This document shows positions 25,673 to 40,900 of a stretch of 64,000 bases of DNA, piece after piece. This stretch comes from Eledone cirrhosa. Lineage: Eukaryota. The translations under genes and the position numbers were made by a program. Location: assembly GCA_964016885.1 (NCBI GenBank), contig OZ024746.1, positions 7,006,001 through 7,070,000 on the forward strand, written 5' to 3'. Every line of letters begins with the position of its first letter. Position 1 is the first letter of the stretch. Below the pieces are notes generated by a model. It ran no database searches, was not told the origin of the DNA, and was given only the letters and a program-made list of their open reading frames with translations.

Positions 25673-28600
25673 GTAAGTTTCCAAGAGTCTAACGAAATCT
25701 GCTTTTTTATTCATTATAATAATTACTGTTTTATATTTCTCTTCGTCTTGTTGTTTACCAACATTAAAGTATTTGTTCTATTAATCGATTATTAAGTTAA
25801 TTTCTGTTATTTACTATATGACTCACCGCCTAACCTCGCTGAAACCATCTCTTCAAGACTACTTCTAACAAGTTCTAACAACGTTATCAACCCCACCACA
25901 AATACGTGGTAACCAATATGTTATTTACTATTAAAAAATTAACATGCATGTGTTTTCTAATAAGTATTGTTATTAATATATACTATAACAATTACGTATT
26001 TCTTGTATTTTATATAAAAGCCTAATATCTGTAGACGACGAAAAGGTATAACATTCATGCTCTTTCAAACGGTATTATCGACTACTGGGAGGAATATCAA
26101 GAATGTTATATTTTTGTTCGTATACTGGCAACCGAAACCGGTTTCTGAATTCCAATAACCAAGCATTTACATTACACGACCTCTGCCAAAATAATGAAAA
26201 TGTTATGGTCGTTTCTTCGAAATCTCTTTTACATCACCAACGACAGAGCTTCTACGTGGTCACTCACCTGCTAGAAATATCAGCCAAATCCTTTAATGTA
26301 AGCCTGTCAGGGCTCACCCAGCACTTCCAAAACTTCAAACCTAATTCAGAGATGTACTTGGAAGTGGTGGACGGGACAGCAGTTTCCATTAATCTCTAAA
26401 GCCACCTGTTGAAATATGTAATGTCTGAGTAAAACAGGGAATTTTCTTGATTCCATTATCTCAGCATGTAATTCCGCAACACTCGGACATATTGAGCATT
26501 TGACCTCGTGAGACCGCACGAGCGTGTCGCCTCCCAGATAAGACACTTTAGACATACTCCTATTTAAGGTTCCATTAAAGTGAAAGTGAAATTTCCAGAC
26601 GAAAAACCGAAACGTAAACAACAAAATCTACTTATTCCCTGTTTCTGTGGAAAAAAACAACAAAATGTGCTTATTTTGTGTATATACTCTGCCACAAGAT
26701 GGTATGTGTCCTGGCAATCTGCAAACATATACTTCCTGCGAAATGGGAATACAATATCCATTACATTTATGAGTTTCTTTTTCGTGTTTCGGCTACAATT
26801 ATTACATTACATTTTGTTATTTTAAGTGCAATTTTCACCTGTAACAACATATACATAAACTTATATACGTCCACTGTTTGCAGTTTTTCACTAAAATTTT
26901 CACTTTCACTTCAATGGAACCCTCAAATAGACGTATGACACATTCCACACCGCCTCCGTTTCCAAAGAAAAAATGTCACTCCGTCCTGCCTGGGCCTGTT
27001 GCTGCCATGGTCAAAACCCACTAGTCTCAGAATGATGGTAACTAAGTTTAGACAAAACACAATTATACTATTGACCTCATTGTCTTGTGGAGGCATATGT
27101 CCTAGTGGTAAGGGTGTTGGACTTACAATCATAACGTCGTAGGTTCAATTCCTGGGCTGGGTTGTGTTGTGTTCTTGAGCAAAACACTTCATTTCACGTT
27201 GTTCCAGTGAACATAGCGTGACAACCAGTCTGAAAAATGGACATTAAATGATGATGATGACGATATACACACACACAGTCTGCATATATTGATTTGTGGA
27301 TATCAAATTCTATTTCTATAATTTAGCACCTTTGTTACAGAAAGCTATTCAATAAAACTGCCTTCAGCTTAAAAGATGGCCTCATCATCATCATCGTTTA
27401 ACGTCCATTAATCCATGCTAGCATGGTTTAAATGAGTTGTCCTGTTATGAGACAAGTCAGATCAGATGACTATGTCTTGCTCACACAGAATTATTTCTGG
27501 TTTGGTTTCTACAGCTGGATGCCCTTCCTAACGCCAATCACATTTACAGTGTGTACTGGGAACTTTTTTTCGTGACTCCTACATAACCACAATGTATCTA
27601 CACAACCATTGAGGTGATTCTTATGTTGACCATAATATCCTTAATGACAACCTTCTACATTTTATGGACAGTTTTGGTCTCCCTCACAGCAATGCCCCAT
27701 ATGTAGTAAAGTGGGGGAGGTATTGAAGAGTTAGGAGTCCTGCAGGGAGTGTGTAAGAGTAAAAATCCTTGCAGACAGTACTCCAGCATGTCCGCAATCA
27801 AATGAGTGAAACCAGCAAAAGAATATACGAGCGGTGCTGAAAAGTTCTTGGCTTTGGGTAAAAGAAAATACAGGAGGATCATTTATGATTTTATTCCCCT
27901 CTCAGATTCACACATTTATTGCAACGAACGGCCCTGCCCTGTAAAAAGAACTCAGAAGGCCTCTGTAGCAGTGATCAAGCCGGGAACTTTTCAACACCTC
28001 CTCATAGATATACTAACCTATTTTTGTTATAAATAAATAATTTCTTTCTCAAAAATAACTTGTTTGAATTGTTACTTATTGTGTTTCTAACATTTTTATT
28101 TGGTGGGTTCACCGAAGTAGGGATCTGATCAAAGAAAAACTACATCCCCCAACAAATCTCATCCAACATGGCAAAGTGGGTGTAAATTAATCCTTTAGCA
28201 TTTACATTACTCTACATTTACTATTGTATTTATGATAAAGGCTTTACCTCACATAATATCAAAGCTATGAGATTTTGATATCAATATCTTAACATCAGTG
28301 TAAGTGGCTAGTTGTGACCAATTTGAAGAGAAAGAGGTGAGAGAATTCTGGCCGAAATGCTAAAGAGTTAAATTATCTTTGTGAAAGTCTCCACAGATTA
28401 TGTAACTTTGTTTTAACTGGAGAAATGTAATTTGATAAATAAGTTTTAGTTTTTTACATTAATAATGATAATGAGTTCTGAATTAGGCTCAAGGCCAATA
28501 ATTTGGAGGTGGGAAGTCGATTAACTCAACCCCAGTACACTACTGGTACATTATTTTATCAAGCTATAAGGATGAACGGCAAAGCTAACCTCAGCAGGAT

Positions 28601-28885
28601 TTCAACTCGTCTACTACTAATAATGGTTTCTGATTTAGCCACAAGGCCAACAGTTTAGGGGAGGGAAAAGTCGATTAAATTGACCCCTTTCATCTTTATG
28701 GGGTCGATTTAATCGACTTTTCTTTCTCCCCAATTTGTTGTCTTTTTGCCATGTTTTAGTAGTGCTATCATGATCTTCATTTTCCTTATCAAACAAGTTT
28801 AACTACAATATAACAATTGTGTAGACAGAACTTTATTCCACATGCTACTGCCATAAATTTAACTTAAGGGTCAGTCCTGGTGGAC

Positions 28886-28918
28886 ATGGAAGGATTTCAT
28901 TATTTCATGAAAAAACTG
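28886..28918 (+). CDS. RRM-Tudor gene candidate first coding exon
   Basis: MEGFHYFMKKL|gtaaat, phase 0, compatible with the next exon. Confidence 0.4.
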
Positions 28919-31900
28919 GTAAATTTTTTTTAAAAGCCAGTACAATGCAGTAGAAAGTATGAAGGGCAAATGATGGTCAATGAAACAAAGTAACATTTTA
29001 CCCAGTGTATTTTAGCATGATATTTCAGGGTTATTGCTATCTTTTCAGTTGTAAAGCTGGAACAGTCCAAGATGAAAACTCTGCTCAGTTGTTTTGTCTT
29101 AGAGTAGTTCAGCTTCACATCTGAAAAGAGTGTAATAGCCTTGAAATTGTCAAAATGTGGGAAACTAAAAATGAAAACATTACCAAAAGAAACAAACTGT
29201 GCTAATATATATAAATAACTCTTTTGAATACATTTTTTAATTTAGGTACAAAGTATATCAAAATATTTTTACTTGTTCTCATTGAGAAGAGAAAGTTCAA
29301 TCAAAGTGACTTGGTGTAACATATCTGAAATCAAGATGACCAGTGGTCGAAACACTCAACATTTTGACTTTCCAAAGAACTCTGGTGAGTGATATTGATG
29401 CAAGTCATAAGTAACCTTCTCCTCCTCCTCCCACTTATTCCTGAGAGGATCGTTGGGGACAGAGTCCTCAAACACTCCTTCCAGCAGGTCCTGTCAGAAG
29501 CAACCATCTCCAACTGATCTGGCTGAATCCCCAAGTTAGACCAGCCAAGCTCATGTATGTTATCCAACCATCTTGCTTGAGAGTCTACCCCTGGGTCTCC
29601 TGTTGGTTGGTTTTGCCCATAAAATCTGTATAAGTAACTTGATGATATTTTTTTTTTTTCAAGTAACACTAATAAATCCTTTTCTCTCTCCTTCCGTTCT
29701 ATCTCTTTCTTACATCTCTCTATCTTTCTATCCTTCCATATTTTTTCTGTGGTCAGTGCTAGAATCTACAATCATAAAATATCTGACAGCAGAAAAATAC
29801 AAACAGATACTGCGACACTTCATTAAACAATGAATCACTGATTTATTGTGGAAAGGTTTGAGGAAATATGTAAAGATGTGCTGTTTCTTTTGTTTTATTA
29901 TGGAAACGTGGGTAGGCTGACCAAGATACTCTCATGGAATGATCAAATGTGGTTTATTTTTCGACACAGTCCCTAGGAAGAAACAATACAGATATTAATA
30001 AGAAGAGTTGAAATTAACACCTGCTAGATTTCACAGCTCTAGCATCATTTCTTCATAGGCTGACCAAGATACTCTCATGGAATGACCAAATGAGGTTTTT
30101 CAATGTAGTCCCTGGAAAGAAACAATGCAGTTATTAATAAGAAGAGTTGAAATTACTGCATGCAAGATTTCCCAGCTCTAGCATCACTCCTTCATAGTCA
30201 GCCTATGAACTTTTCAGCCAACCCTTGTAGTATATCAGAGGGGACCTTTCTAGGTACAAATCCCTGGTCATTCATAACTGAAGGGGTTGTTACCCTATAT
30301 ACATTAAACTATGTTTAGATTATATTTTGTCGTCAAAGTGAAATTAAAGATGGTTACTCCTTTATATTAAAACTAGATGAGAGCGACATTGTCTTCTCTT
30401 TCTAAACAAATGACGTTCCTTTTCTCTATGTAAATATCTCTTGCTCCTCCTCCCCACCCCATATAAAGTGACTGTGATGGATGGAAGGACAGACAGATAG
30501 ACAGACAGTGCTCTTATAATATAGATTATTTTATTCCTTCTCTTCATTAAAGTTCATTACTCCTTCTGTTCACCTTTCAGAAAATATTGTATACATTGGA
30601 AATATTGATATACATTCAACTGAGGTAAATATTTGAACATTCATTTTGATTTATGGATAGAAAGGTTTCTTTTCATTGAAGAAAAGACATGTCTGATGTG
30701 GTATCAAAAGACATGTCTGATGTGGTATCATCATTTCCTCTCTATTTTTCCATGTTTTCATGCGTACAAAGCTTGACCACTTCTTGCACTTTATGTCTTC
30801 CTTCCTGGCATGAGATCTCAAATGGCTGTTGAGTCCTGAAAGCCTGTGAAACACCACAAATAATACAATGATGTCTCATTTCATTCTTGTTTCCACTTTG
30901 GATTCCCTTATTCTGTATGTTCTGATGTTACTTCAATCCACCTGATTTGTAAATTTTCTGACAAACATGGCACTGGATCTGATTCTTTGCAACAAATTTA
31001 TATCATCATCATCATCATCATCATCACCGTTTTACGTCCGTTCTTCCACGCTAGCATGGGTTAGACGGGTTGTACTGTTGTGGGCAGTGTCCAGTCGGCT
31101 GATCTTGTCTTGCTCATACGGGAACTGATTTCTACAGCTGGATGCCCTTCCTAACACCAACCTCATTTACAGTGAGTGCTGGGTGCTTTTTTCCGTGGCG
31201 CCTACACGTCCACTTTACAGTGTGGGCTGGATGCTTTTTTGCCGTGGTACCTCCACAACCACTTTGCAGTGGGAGGGGGTGGGGGCATATTGTCCATATG
31301 CTTCAGCTTCGGCTTGTACCTGTGAGAAGGTCGGGTCTTCTGTATTACTGTGTGACACCAGAGGTCACGGTCGTGTGTCATCGCCTTTGAGAGGTAAAAT
31401 TGCGTAAGGTCAGCTTTTATCACCTCATCCCAGGTCTTCTTGGGTCTCCCCACTCCGTGGTTTCCATCGACTTCTAGTGCTCTGCACCTTTATGCAGCTG
31501 TCATCCTTCATACACATCACATGTCCATACCAATGCAACCGCCTCTCCTGCACACAGCATTTGATTCCTCTTATGCTCAGTCTCTCTCTCAATTCATTTA
31601 TGCTTTGCTGTTCGCGTATATTACTATTACGCATCCATCGGAGCATGCAGGCTTCATTTCTTTCTAATCTACGTAAGTCTTCGACCTTCAGTGCCCAGGT
31701 CTCACTACCATGTAACATTGCTGTTCGTATACACGCATCATACAGTCTGCCTTTCATTTTGAGGGAAAAGCCTTTTGCAGCTAGCAGTGGCAGTAGCTCC
31801 CTGAACTTCTTCCATCCCGTTCTTACCCTAGTTATTGTACTTTCTGAACACCTCCGCTGCTAATTCAGTCACCTAGGTAGCAGAAGCTGTCTACTGTTTC

Positions 31901-34900
31901 TACAGACCCTCCCAGAAATTGATGGTACTTGTTTCCTGTGGCTGTTTGCCGCTTGCTGTCCCAGCACAGCTGCTACATGTGAAGCCTATATTCTTAGTTA
32001 AGCTTCCTGAGATCCCGCTACATCTCTTGTGCACCCATTGTTTGCATTTGGGGCAGAGAATGGAGTTCCTACATACTGAGCAAGGCCATTTCCCTGAGGG
32101 GATCTGGGTTCTGTTTTCTCATCTTCTTACAAGGACCTTAGTCTTTATCAGGTTGACTTTGAGACCCTTTCTTTCTAGTCCCTGCTTCCAAGTTTGGAAT
32201 TTCTTCTCTAGTTCTACCATAGATTCAGCTATAAGTGCGAGGTCATCTGCATACAAGAGTTCCCATGGGCATCCGGTCTTAAACTCCTCCGTTATTGCCT
32301 GCAGGACTATGAGAGGGCTAAGAACGGAGCCCTGGTGGACACCGACCTTTATGCTAAATTCCTCACTATATTCATTGTAATCCTAACTTTGCTGACTGCT
32401 CCCCTATACATGGTTTGTACAGCTTTCACAAGCCATTCATCTACTCCTAGTTTTCTAAGAGCCCACCATATATATGTATATATTTACTCGAGAGAAGACT
32501 ACGTTGGTATGGTCACGTGATGCGCATGAAAGACGACAGCTGTATAAAAAAGTGCAGGGCGATCAAAATTGATGGAAGTTACGGAGTAGGTAGACCCAGA
32601 AAAACCTGGGAGGATTTGATAAATTCCAACCTTACACACTTACACATCTCTAAAACAATGTCACTGGACCGAGATCTTTGGTGCTACGCAGTAATACAGA
32701 AGACCTGCCTTGGCTAAGTACAAAGCGAAACCTACAGTCAGTAGGCACCTCTTGACCAAATATACACCCCCGTCCAACTACCACTACTCCACCCCCAACT
32801 CCCACCAACACCACCTTTTCTCTAAAGTTATGTTGGTACCACAACATCCAGTCCAAATAAATAAGGTCGTGTAGGTGTCACAACAAAAAACACACAGTCC
32901 ACGCTGTAATGTGGCCATGTAGGTAACACGGTAAAACCCTCGCAGTCCACACTGTAAATGTGGTTGGTGTTAGGAAGGACATCCAGCCGTAGAAAACCTG
33001 CCAGACAGTCTTATACGAGCAAGACACGGTCTCCCGACCAACCTTACCTCAAGTGGGACAATTCCCGTCTAAACCCATGCTAGTGTGGAAGATGGACATT
33101 AAATGATGATGATGATGATGTATATGTATATATATATAGTGTACCCCTGGCGTTCGCAGTCCCAGTTATTCGTGGAATCTCCCTTAGAACCTAACTAACA
33201 ATTGTTCATGGAAACCACCACATATTCACGGAATCGTAAATATCTCCACCATTTTTTTAATGACATTTTTTGTGGCAATATATATTTTTTTAATGCTAAA
33301 TTATTAAAAACAATATACCATGTTTGCCGGCCTATTGGACGGCCCTTCGCATATGATGTTCCCTCTTTTTTATTATATTTTGACCTTTATAGACATTTTT
33401 ATGGACAACGTCCAATATTCGCGGTTTTTCACCCATTGCGGGTGCTCTAGTAATGTAACCCCTGTGAGTACTGGGGAGAACTGTATATAACTGGTTAGTC
33501 CTGTCTGATGCTGTGTACACATGGCAAATTTCAGAGTAACATGACACTAACTTGCCAAAATTAATTTCTACACCATTATTGTGTACTCATTGTAACCGTC
33601 CCAAATACATAAGTATATATTGTTTTGTTTTTAAGGAAGAATTTAGAGAATTTTTCAAAGGGATAAACATTTTGAAATGTAAAATTTGGACAAGATTTAG
33701 AAAATGGTAAATAATTTTGTTTTTACGTTTATGTATTTGTTCTGCAAGGTTCTTGATGTGAAATCATGTGTTGAAACTGATATATTTGGGGGTGATCATG
33801 CTGTCAATACTGACAGTAGAAAGAAACACACACCATATAATTTTCACTTTATCTTTATTGTTTGTTATTAGTTTGTCAAAGTTTGTTCATCACCACAAAA
33901 CAAAGACAAGATGGAGTAGATATTAAGACTAGGGTAAAGAGGAGGTCACATTTTATCATGACACCAGCTCTAAGGAAGTTGTCATGTCTTTGACACAACT
34001 GAAGGGTCCTCCCAACCCCTTGTTTAGCAATGTTTCTTGAGCTGGATGCCCTTTCTATCACCAAACACTTTACAGAGTGTACTGGGTGTATTGTTTAGAT
34101 CACCAATACTAGGGAGATTGTTATTTCTTTGACACAACTTGAGAGTCTTCCTGACTTTTTGTTTGTCAAGCTTTAAGAATTATTTTTTATTATATGTAGC
34201 TTGGTCAAGAGGACAAATTATGCTAATCACCTTCATTATAGAGCTTGGCTTTAAATTTTGATTTGGGATTAAAATGTATTACTACTATGTCATTGATCTT
34301 CTTCGCCTACTTATTCCTGAATGGGCTGTGAGGGGCAGAGTCCCCAAACACTCCTTCCAGCAGGTCCTGTCAGAAGCAACCATCTCCAACTGATCTGGCT
34401 GGATCCTCAACCGAGACCAGCCGAGCTCATAGATGTTATCCAACCATCTTGCTAGGGGTTTACCCCTGGCTCTCCTGCCAGTTGGTTTTGCCCGTAAAAT
34501 CTGTCCAGCAATTCTTTCCTGAGATATTCTAACGACATGCCCGTAGTATCAGAGCTGTGATCTATCAAATCCATCCAGTGGTTCTTTCCTGAGATATTCT
34601 AATGACATGCCCGTAGTATCAGAGCTATGATCTATCAAATCCATCCAGTGGTTCTTTCCTAAGATATTCTAACGACATGCCCGTAGTATCAGAGCTGTGA
34701 TCTATCAAATCCATCCAGTGGTTCTTTCCTGAGATATTCTAATGACATGCCCGTAGTATCAGAGCTATGATCTATCAAATCCATCCAGTGGTTCTTTCCT
34801 AAGATATTCTAACGACATGCCCGTAGTATCAGAGCTGTGATCTATCAAATCCATCCAGTGGTTCTTTCCTGAGATATTCTAATGACATGCCCGTAGTATC

Positions 34901-37900
34901 AGAGCTGTGATCTATCAAATCCATCCAGTGGTTCTTTCCTGAGATATTCTAACGACATGCCCGTAGTATCAGAGCTGTGATCTATCAAATCCGTCCAGTG
35001 GTTCTTTCCTGAGATATTCTAACGACATGCCCGTAGTATCAGAGCTGTGATCTATCAAATCCATCCAGTGGTTCTTTCCTAAGATATTCTAACGACATGC
35101 CCGTAGTATCAGAGCTGTGATCTATCAAATCCGTCCAGTGGTTCTTTCCTGAGATATTCTAATGACATGCCCGTAGTATCAGAGCTGTGATCTATCAAAT
35201 CCATCCAGTGGTTCTTTCCTGAGATATTCTAATGACATGCCCGTAGTATTAGAGCTGTGATTTTTCAAATCCGTCCAGTGGTTCTTTCCTAAGATATTCT
35301 AATGACATGCCCGTAGTATTAGAGCTGTGATTTTTCAAATCCGTCCAGTGGTTCTTTCCTAAGATATTCTAATGACATGCCCGTAGTATCAGAGCTGTGA
35401 TTTTTTAAATCTGTCCAGTGGTTCTTTCCTGAGATATTCTAACGACAATGATATAAATAATGTTGACTGCTTTACACTTTCAGTTTTGCTTTTATTGAAG
35501 TTGGTAGCAAGAGTGAAGCTGACAATCTGTTTCATACATACAATGGTCAAATGTTTAAAACAAGAAAACTAATCCTTAGATTAGTATCAACTGAAGATAC
35601 ATCTAAAACGGATGGTAAATATTGTTTTAAATAACTTTTTACAATGCATCAATGCATGTTATTATATACTTGGTTAACAAACTCACAAACTTTTTGTAGC
35701 TGAATATACAAATGTATTCAGTATTATTATAGAAAAACACCTCCCACAATTTCAGTGGGAAAAAATTGTTTTCAGCAATTTTTTTAAAGTTCTATCAACT
35801 AATCTAACCTCCAAGGTGCTCGTAATCAACTTTTTTTTTTCCTGGAAAAAGGAGAGGGTAGGGTGCTTTTAGGTTTAGGGATCATGTTTTCTGAGGAAAA
35901 AGTCAATTGTGAGTATCTAAGAGGTTAGAATAGTTGTTAGCACACAAAAAAAAAATCATAGAGAAAACTATGAGGTGGAGAGGGTTATCTGGGAAAAAAG
36001 TCGATTGCAGGCATCTTGGAGGTTAGAATAGTTGTTAGCTCATGAAGAAAAACGATTCTTCTTTAACTCTTTTAATATCAACCCACCTAAAACTACCCTT
36101 GGTTCTCAGCTACAAAGTTGTTTATTTGAAAGTGTTTGTAATTATCTAAAAACCATCTGTCATCATTTTATATAAGAAACTTAGATCTTGAAACTATCTA
36201 GATCTTGGTAGAATGAACTAACATAAATTATGTTTGCCACAAACTCTACAGTTTTGACAAATACTTCATCTTAATTTAACATGCATTCAAAAATCATTGG
36301 ATAAAAAACTACCTAACATTTTGTCTTCCAGTTAGAATCTCAAATAAGCATTACCATCTTGGTTTGGTTAGGTTTAATATGTATTTTCATTGATATTAAT
36401 GTGTTTGTTGAAAACTGTTCTAAGTCTATATGAAATATTAAACTTTATTTATAGAACCTCCCAACAGAAAAGCTTCTAAGAAAAATAGTTCCAAGAAATC
36501 TAAAAAAACTTTGACTGAAAATCAAATAAATAATACATTTAAACAATTTAATCCTAAGTCTGAAGACATTCCGCCACTTGAAGATATGGACTACATATTA
36601 CAAAAGAAGGAAAATAATTCTTCAACAATGAATACCATAGGCTGTAGTCTTGGGAATGTTCTAAGGAATGACTATGAAACTGTCTTCTTAGAGAATGGAT
36701 TTCGACTATTCATTGGCAACTTTCCATATGGTACCAGTGAGGTAAATGTTACTTTCTTCTTCTTCACCCACTTTTTCCTGAGAAGGTTCTGGGGAAGAGT
36801 CATCAAACACTCTAGTGGGTCCTGTCAGAAGCAACTGTTTCCAACTGATCTGACTGAGTCTCCAAGCGAGACCAGCCAAGCTCATGGATGTTATCCAGCC
36901 ATCTTGCTCAGGGTGGGCCTACCCCTGGGCCTCCTGCTGGTTGGTTTTGCCCATAAAATCTGTCCAGTGATTCTTTCCTAAGACATTCTAACCACATGCC
37001 GATACTATTGGAGCTGTGATCTCACAATTTGGAGAAGTAGTGGCTCTACCTGCAGTGAGTCTCTGATCACTGATCTACCCACTCTAAGAAACGTTACTCC
37101 ATTTTACTTTGACCTACTAAATTATTGATAGAGATACATCTTAAGAATATATATATAATCTTGCTAAAAAAATAACTTATGAGTTAAAAGACTTGCTTAA
37201 TTATTTAATGTAACTATTACCACAATCATATTAATGTTTAAATTTTACAGAATGATTTGATGGAACTTTTTCACCCAGTCAACCCTCTGTTTGCAGTTAT
37301 TAAGAATAATGGTGACAAGAAATTTAGGTAAGATAACATTTAACCCTTTAGCATTTACATTACTTTATATATACTATTGTATTTTCATGGTAAAGACTTT
37401 ACCTCACATAATTATCTTACATAATATCGAATCTATGAGATTTTGATGTTATTTAGTTTGAGAACAATGTCTTAACATCAGTATGAGTGGCTAGTTACAG
37501 CTGGTTTTAACAAAGACGTGAGAGAATTCTGGCTGGATATGATCAGTTTAAATGCTAAAGGGTTAAAGGTGTTAAACATACATATAAATATACATATATT
37601 AGAAAAAACGAGGAATTACCTACACTATATATATATGTATATATATAAAAGAGTAAAGAGTCTCTTCAGTTGAAATGACCTGGGATTTGCACCTAGAAAC
37701 TAGAGTTTCCCTCATGTAGAATATTAAAATAATTAAGGACGAGGTGTCAGAGTATCATGATTAGCTTATTCAGGTGTGACGCATGTTTCACTATTGATCA
37801 GCTCAAGGTTTGATCTATATCAATCAGGCCTGACTCTGTAATCAAAAGTTCATCAGACACTGTTAATGATGGGAGATATCCACATACAACTTTAAAACAT

Positions 37901-40900
37901 CATTTCACAACTGGATGTGAAATGATGTTTTAAAGTTGGGCTTTTCTCTTGTTCTTTGTTTTGATTAATTGAATTGTTTATATATATGTGTGTGTCTGTC
38001 ATCATCATCATCATCATCATTTCATTTTACGTCCGCTTTTTCCCTGCTTGCAAGGGTGGGACGGGAACTGATTCTGGCTTGATTTCTACAGCTGGATGCC
38101 CTTCCTAACACCAACCTCATTTACAGTGAGTGCTGGGTGGTTTTTTGCCGTGGCACCTCCACGACCACTTTGCAGTGGAATGATAAGGACCACAGTCCCT
38201 ATCATCTCATTTCTACAGCTGAGTAAACTGGAGGAATGTGAAATAAAGTGTCTTGCTCAAGGAAACAACACATCACCCGGTCTGAGAATTGAACTCACAA
38301 CCTTTGGATTGCAAGGCTAATGCTCTAACCACTAAGCCATGTGCCTCCATGTGTGTATATATATGTATATATGTATGTATATATCATAATCATCATCATC
38401 ATCATCTTCGTTTAACATCCATTTTCCACGCTAGCATGGATTAGACGGGTATACATATATATATATATGTGTGTGTGTGTGTTACTTGATGCCTTTGACA
38501 ATAAGGAAGAGCAATTAGAGATGTGCAATATAGAGGAACAGTGGGAATTCTTGAAAGTGAACCGGCTGAAAGCAACGGATGAAATCTGTGGCTGGAGCAG
38601 ACCTATTGGCAAGCGGAGAGTAACTTGGTGGTGGAACAGTAAGGTGGAGGAGACAATCAAGGCCAAAAAGCAGGCTTGGAAAGTAGAGAATGGGGGAAGT
38701 AGAGAGCGCTATCAAGTGACCAGGAGAGAAACTAGGAGACAAGTGTACCTTGCAAAAAGGGAAGCAGTAGATAGAAAGTTCAAGCATGTTCTACAACGTG
38801 AGGACCAAAAATGTGAGGTGTTCAGGATTGCTAGACAATGTGTCAAGGAAAACCAGGATCTTGTCGGGGAGAAGTGTGTCTGTAATGATAACAGTGTACT
38901 TGCCCTCACTGATACTGATAAGAAGATAGCCTGGAAGTGTCACTACGAGAGACTATTAAATGAGGAGAATAAATGGGAAAAAGATAGTCTGCCCCAAATC
39001 GATCCAATAGAAGGACCAGTGGTGCAAGTTAAAGGTAGTATAATAAGTAAGGCAATCAAAGATATGAAGACAGGCAAGGCAGCTGGGCCTTCGGAGATAG
39101 TTGCTGAGATGTTGAAGGCATCTGAAATGGTGGGACATACTATGGTCACCCGTATAGTTAACCAAGTAATACAGAATGGGGTCATACCAAAAGACTGGCG
39201 TAGCAGCATCATCATTAACTGCTACAAGGGTAAAGGAGATGCTCTAGATAGGGGAAACTATAGAGGCATTAAGTTAGTTGACCAGGTCACGAAGGTCACA
39301 GAAAGAGTTATAGCACAACTAATCAGAGAGCAAATTGATCTAGATAAAATGCAGTTTGGATTTGTGTCAGGTAAAAGTACCACAAATGCTCTTTTCCTTG
39401 TATGACAACTACAGGAGAAGTACCTAGCTAAAAGTAAACCCCTCTACTTAGCTTTTGTAGACCTGGAGAAAGCCTTTGTCAGAGTCCCCCGCTCCATTAT
39501 CTGGTGGGCTCTTAGAAAACCAGCTGTAGATGAATGGCTTGTGAGAGCTATAAGCTATGTATAAAGAAACAGTCAGTAAGGTTGGAATTAACAATAAATA
39601 TTGTGAAGAATTTAGTGTAAAAGTTGTTCATCAAGGCTCTGTCCTTAGCCCCCTCCTATTTATTATTGCCCTTCAGGCTATAACAGAGGAGTTTAAGACC
39701 GGCTGCCCATGGGAACTCCTATACGCAGATGATCTAACTCTCACAGCTGAATCTATGGCTGAACTAGAGAAGAAATTCCAAACATGGAAGAATGGCCTAG
39801 AATCAAAAGGCCTTAAAGTTAACTTGTCTAAGACTAAAGTTCTAGTTTGTAGAAAGGAAAATAGGGCACAGGTTCCCTCAGGGAAATGGCCATGCTCAGT
39901 GTGTAGGAAAGTAGTAGGCAGAAATTCCATTTTCTGTCCCAAATGCAAATTATGGGTACATAAAAGATGTAGTGGGATCACAGGTAAACTATCTAAAAAC
40001 GTAGATTTTATATGTGGCCAATGCTCAGGTGCAATAAGTAGCAAGTGCCCACAGGATACTAGCTTCTTCTATTGCCCAGATGGTTCTATAGAAATAGTGG
40101 ACACCTTTCGTTACCTGGGTGACAAAATCAGCAGTGGTGGAGGGTGCTCCGAAAGTACAGTAGCCAGAGTCAGAACGGGATGGAAAAAGTTCAGAGAGCT
40201 TATACCGCTGTTGTCCACAAAAGGTTTCTCTCTAAAAATGAAATGCAGATTGTATGATGCCTCTATACGAACACCAATGTTACATGGCAGTGAGACATGG
40301 GCATTGCGTGCAGAGGACCTGCGCAGGCTGGAAAGGAACAAAGCATGCATGCTCTGTTGGATGTGTAATAGTAATATACACGAATGGCAAAACATAAATG
40401 AACTAAGTGAGAAATTAGGAATAAGAGGGATCAGATGTTGTTTACTTGAGAGAAGACTACGTTGGTATGGTCACGTGATGCACGTGAAAGATGACAGCTG
40501 TATAAAAAAGTGCAGGGCGATCAAAATTGATGGTAGTTACGGAGTAGGTAGACCCAGAAAAACCTGGCACGATTTGATAAATTCCGATCTTACACACTTA
40601 CATCTCTCTAAGACGATGTCACTGGACCGAGATCTTTGGCGCTACGCAGTAATACAGAAGACCCGCCTTGACTATGTACAAAGCGAAACCTACAGTCAGT
40701 AGGCACCTCTTAACCGAACATACACCCCAATCCACTACCCCTACCCTATCCTCCCACTAACACCGCCCTCTCTCTGTAAAGTTGGTACCACAACATCCAG
40801 TCCAAATAAATGAGATAATGAGATTAAGGTCGTGTAGGTGTCACGACAAAAAAAAAACACACAGTCCACGCTGTAATGTGGCCATGTAGGTAACACGGTA

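Noticed and set aside
26103-26938. Short ORFs between the two genes
   Set aside because: No recognisable homology or consistent exon structure; probably 5' intronic or regulatory DNA.
27088-27165. tRNA-like sequence
   Set aside because: It has A and B boxes but continues into a SINE body; it is a SINE head, not a tRNA gene.
34512-35447. CRISPR-like appearance of the regular arrays
   Set aside because: Units are contiguous with no unique spacers, there are no cas genes, and the context is a eukaryotic intron.
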